Source: Halocafeteria seosinensis (lineage: Eukaryota). Taken from it: a stretch of DNA of 64,000 nucleotides. Shown here in pieces: positions 59,801-64,000 of the stretch. The DNA lies in contig LVLI01000326.1 of assembly GCA_001687465.1 (NCBI GenBank), forward strand, positions 1-64,000. The letters run 5' to 3'. Every line of letters begins with the position of its first letter. Position 1 is the first letter of the stretch. Made by a program: the position numbers and the translations under genes. The notes under the pieces are model-generated. The model was not told the DNA's origin. It searched no databases and worked only from the letters and a program-made list of their open reading frames with translations.

Positions 59801-62800
59801 TTGACTTCGCGTACACTCTCGGCTGGCGGGAAGTCTCATCTTAGAATTCTAGCGGACACAGTGAGGATGGCGATGCACACTGTGTCCATGAAAGCTGATT
59901 CGTTGCTCGAAACGGGAAGCGACCCCCAAGTGGAAGTACCTGGGCATCTATCACTGTATGACCGTAGCCGGGCTATCCTTCGTGGAAACTCAAGTGTTAC
60001 CGTTGGCAGCGTAATAGTTGAGGAAGATACTATCATCGATGGGCGTGCCTCAGGGTATAAACCGTGTAACGGAGCCGGTTCTCCGGCAAATCCTTCCATA
60101 GGCGGATCCCATGGAGGAATAGGTAGTGCTCACAGCATTGAGGACTTTTTTGAGACTGAGGAGTCTGCGTTTGCAAATGACGCCACATTCTTCCCAAAGA
60201 AACTTGGTAGTGGTGGTTGCGGAAGCAATGCTGGAGGCGGAAGAGGTGGCGGATACATCCACATACACGCTAAAAATCTGACTAGTATCCAAGGGCTCAT
60301 TGATGTCAGCGGAGGCTCGAGCAAAGACCCTAAGTAAGTTAAGTATGTTTTGTCAAAGGCGTTTCTCGCTCTACATGCCCTTCCTGTTTTTACAGTGCCG
60401 GAGGGGGCGCTGGAGGTGGCCTGCTCCTCGAAACTGCCGTGCTCCGAGGCGGTGGTTTGATAAGAGCAAACGGCGGACACGGGGGAGCGACAAGCGGCTA
60501 CGGCGGTAGCGGTGGTAGAATGGCCTTGTATTGTAGTCATAATTTGGAGAATAATGATTCTCTTGCGTTTGAAGTTCATGGAGGTAAGCAGAAACTTACA
60601 GGCTCTCACTCTGGTCCTGGGACCTATTATAGACAATGCGGTAAAGAATTCGCCCGGGACTTACGTTCGGAAAACGAAGAAACAGATGCGGATAATATGC
60701 CTAAAGAGGCGGTCATCGTCGACAATAGCGAGGCCTCATTAAATTTCGACAGAGTAGTAATCCTTCGTAACGCAAGGCTGCAGTGGATGCCTGAGGGCAA
60801 TGTTCTTGGTTCCACTAATTTCTCGGTGAGTATTTTAGACGGAGACAAGACTGGGCGATGGAGCATCCGAGGAAACCAACTAGGAAAATTGGGGCTGCGT
60901 GCTCCCAGTCACGATGCAGCTTCCATGAAGCTTCGCGATTTGCCATACCACAGTATGGAGTTCGTCCGCAGTGACTCTAACGGGTCTCTCTCCGAATGGA
61001 CCCAAATAAAAACTAGGAGGGTTCAACAAGATGACATTAACTATGCTTTTACACAAGTAGGCATCGATGTTCACCAGGATGCAACGCTGATGACTCCTCC
61101 TTATGTTACAGTCTCCGACGTGCCAGTGCAACTGTGGGGAAAATGGACCGGTATCAATCATTTGAGTGTCACCAAAGGTGGTCGATTGCAATTGAGTTAC
61201 GGGAAAACTGGGGGGCGCTGTGATTTTCAGTCCGTTGCAATCATGGATGGTGCTAAACTTGAAGGAATCAGTAAAGGGGCACTATCATTTCACACTACCA
61301 CCCTTGCGATGAAGGGGGATGCCAACGTTGATTTGGATAGCGACTCAGGATTGCGTGTCAATGTTACTTCTCCCACCACCCTCCAGGACTACAACCGGCT
61401 GGGACTCCACTCTGCTAAAGAAGTGGATGTTTATGTCAGCACCTTGTCCATGCAATTTGAATCACTATTCACGGTTTACGCCGGAAAGCAAGCATCTCTC
61501 GAATCCAGAACGATACTGATGAATAATACTGCTCTTCTGAAAATTGGAAACAACCCAAGTCTTCGTGTCGGCAAATTTGATGTCGGAAATCGCTCGTCCC
61601 TTGACGTTAGTGGTGTTGTTGACCTAAAGGCTGAGGAGCTGAACCTGGATGAAAACGCAGAGATTACTGGTGTGGGCAAAGGGTATAACGAATGCGACGG
61701 TCCCGGGACAAACGAAGCTAAACTTGTCGGTGGATCTCATGGCGGTTTAGGCAGCTGCGATAGCGTGAGCGATTTCAGATATACGCATGGTTCAGTTCTG
61801 GCGAACGATGACGTATTTCGCCCAACTCTGATGGGAAGCGGCAGTTGCGGGTCTGGTAACGAAGGAAGTGGGGGCGCGTTCATCAGGCTCAACGCTACAG
61901 GAACAAGCAGAATAATGGGAACCATCGATGTGAGTGGTTCTAGCGGAGGAGCAGGCGGAGGTTTGATAATCTCGCTAGGGACTTTGGAAGAAGGTAGCGG
62001 ATTCCTTAGAGCGACCGGTGGCAATGCCAAGATTGGTGGAGGTGGCGGGCGTATTGCTCTTTACTGTGATCAGCTGCCTGACTCAACAGCTTCCGAAAAG
62101 TTCGACTTCGCTGTTTTCGGAGGAATATCTTCTGAGTCTGGTAACTGTCGCTCTGGAGCGGGGACATATTATCGCCAATGTGGCTATAACGGTACTAAGG
62201 AATTACTCGTGGATAACAATCTCAACCAGAACACTGGAGAGACAGTAATCGTCAATACAGTTCCAGCACTCCACTTTGACAAAGTCACAATATCGGGTTA
62301 CGCGAACCTTAGATGGTTAAGTCCTGTCGATCAAATCAACAGCACGCTTTCTATCCATGTGCTCTCTGGGGACTCAAGTGGGAGTATAATTGTCCCAAAC
62401 AATCAAACACTTCTACTTGGCGCTCTTGACAAGCATAACCCTGCATCAACGGCTGTCCTAGAACCAGTGAACTACAGAAGAGATACTTCGTTCTCCATGT
62501 TATTCCGCGAGAATGGTAGTCTGTGGACTCAATCTGCTTTGTGGATACAGCATCGAGACGATGTAGCGCTAGCTCTATCCAAAGTTAACATAGAGGTTTA
62601 CCGGAAAGGAAAACTGGTGACTCCTCCGCAAGTTACTGTTGCTGGAAGCTCGTTAGATATTTGTGGGCGATGGAGTGGCCTAACAGACCTAAGTCTTACT
62701 GATGATGCGCATTTGGATTTTCGAGAGGGAGGTTCTTCAACGTTTTTGCTAAATTCCTTGACGATGATGAAGAATGCTCGCTTATCTATCGATAGAGACG

Positions 62801-64000
62801 GGTTAGTCAGCGTTGCTATGGAGAATTTAACGATGATGGAAAGCGGCCAAATTGCCATCCGGGGACAATCAGTCGACCTCGATGTCACCAGAGTTATTTT
62901 GAGGGATAACAACAGAATCGAAGTTATCGCGGATGACCATGCCAATGTCGACACTGTTTATGTCTCCGCCGACTCTTCAGCACTCTTCAAAATTACAGGC
63001 AAAGGCTTTATTTCTAGCACGTACAACAATAGTAGGACTCTACTTAGTGGTAGTTCCAGCTTAGCTATTGCTCCTAGTCCAATTATGATATTTTCGGATT
63101 CGGTGAAACTTCGAGATTCGTCAACTATCTACATCTCGGGGTATGCAAGTATCACAAGTCCGTTCCTCGACATCGGTCCTTCAGCAGAGCTAAATGGCAT
63201 CGGGAGAGGGAACCCGAAGGAACCTAGTCTAGGCGAAATTGGAGGATCTCACGGTGGTTTGGGTAGTGATGGCAGCTTAAGAGACTTCCTCCGAAGTGGG
63301 CAACCATTTTCATCGGATGATACGTTCCATCCATCCTATCAGGGAGGTGGTGGGGGCGGTGCACCTGGTGGATCTTTGATACATCTTACCTTGAATGAAG
63401 GAATAGTCAGCGGGACCATTGATGTGAGTGGTAGCGACACAACGTAAGTGATTCTCGCAGTCGAGTTATTCTGACTATTTCAATAGCCGATTACCGTACA
63501 TCATGCAGATCTGATGGTAGTGGGGCTGGGGGAGGAATCCTCGTGGACACGAAGACCCTGGGGGTCAGCGAGGGGGTTCTGAAGGCTAATGGAGGGGCTG
63601 GTCATAAGTACGGCGGTGGAGGCGGCCGCATTGCATTATACTGTAAAGATATGCCGGTGAACGACGCGCGTGAGCTCTTAGGCTTCGAAGTTCATGGCGG
63701 AAAAGGTGCTGACGGTAGATCAGGGGCTGGGACGTTCTATCGAAAATGTGGTCAAGAATCGCCACGGGAAATACTATCAGAAAATGATAATAGTCAGCGA
63801 GAGGACTCCGGAGAAACTGTCATCACCTATTCCGAAGATACATTCCTGCACTTGGATCGCCTGGTGATCCTACGAGGAGCTCGGGTCCAGTGGTTCCCCA
63901 TTGCGTGGATGTCAAGGAATCTCCACGTTGATAATGTTACCACGTTTTCTGTTACATACCTGGAGGGGGACGCTACAGGAAAATGGGTGATCATCGACCA
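50891..64000 (+). CDS. Giant glycine-rich repeat protein G2, paralog of G1, 3'-partial (>4,100 aa in window); exons 50891-51944, 52011-52641, 52711-53958, 54034-55431, 55507-57096, 57163-58728, 58801-60333, 60396-63443, 63509->64000
   Basis: Eight 62-75 nt GT-AG introns restore one frame, and the internal repeat exons are all multiples of 3 (1248, 1398, 1590, 1566, 1533, 3048 nt). The signal-like FFTIWVTAMFLAATQWLGYTSA is followed by an S/T/P stalk and the same repeat motifs as G1. The first intron is at the same position and phase as in G1. Confidence 0.85.
51030..51760 (+). repeat. Mucin-like Ser/Thr/Pro-rich stalk of G2
   Basis: SPSPSETAS / TGTPSVT / SVSPTPSISP iterations in exon 1. Confidence 0.8.

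Noticed and set aside
29074..64000. Reading the ~20 large ORFs as a bacterial operon of autotransporter/adhesin genes
   Set aside because: The ORFs end at or just after GT donors and resume after CAG/TAG acceptors 62-84 nt later in consistent phase. They lack their own signal peptides, and the neighbouring genes are eukaryotic.
1..64000. CRISPR arrays, tRNA or rRNA genes
   Set aside because: No regularly spaced nucleotide repeats or recognisable RNA gene sequences were seen by eye; the repeats here are protein-level and highly diverged in DNA.

Overview
Eukaryotic (protist-like) genomic DNA with short GT-AG introns (about 62-103 nt, donor mostly GTAAGT); no prokaryotic operons, CRISPR arrays or RNA genes were recognised. 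Left to right: partial eIF5B (-); a disabled LRR gene (-); RNA polymerase III subunit RPC4 (+, 7 exons); a second, paralogous disabled LRR gene (+); two tandem paralogous ~2,200-2,300 aa type-I membrane proteins (Cys-rich/Ig-like/VWD-like/5xTSP1/EGF/TM, both -) flanking a probable non-LTR retrotransposon remnant and a bZIP gene; and a Ran-binding-domain/galactokinase fusion gene (-). The last 35 kb hold two giant head-to-head paralogous genes: G1 (-, 13 exons, ~6,560 aa) and G2 (+, >4,100 aa, runs off the window). Both are built from a ~420-600 aa glycine-rich/beta-solenoid-like unit. Almost every unit sits on its own symmetric phase-2/phase-2 exon, and the intron falls in the same hypervariable (sometimes His/Cys-rich) loop. 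This cassette-exon array is the most unusual system here. All gene models were spliced by eye; no database searches were run.
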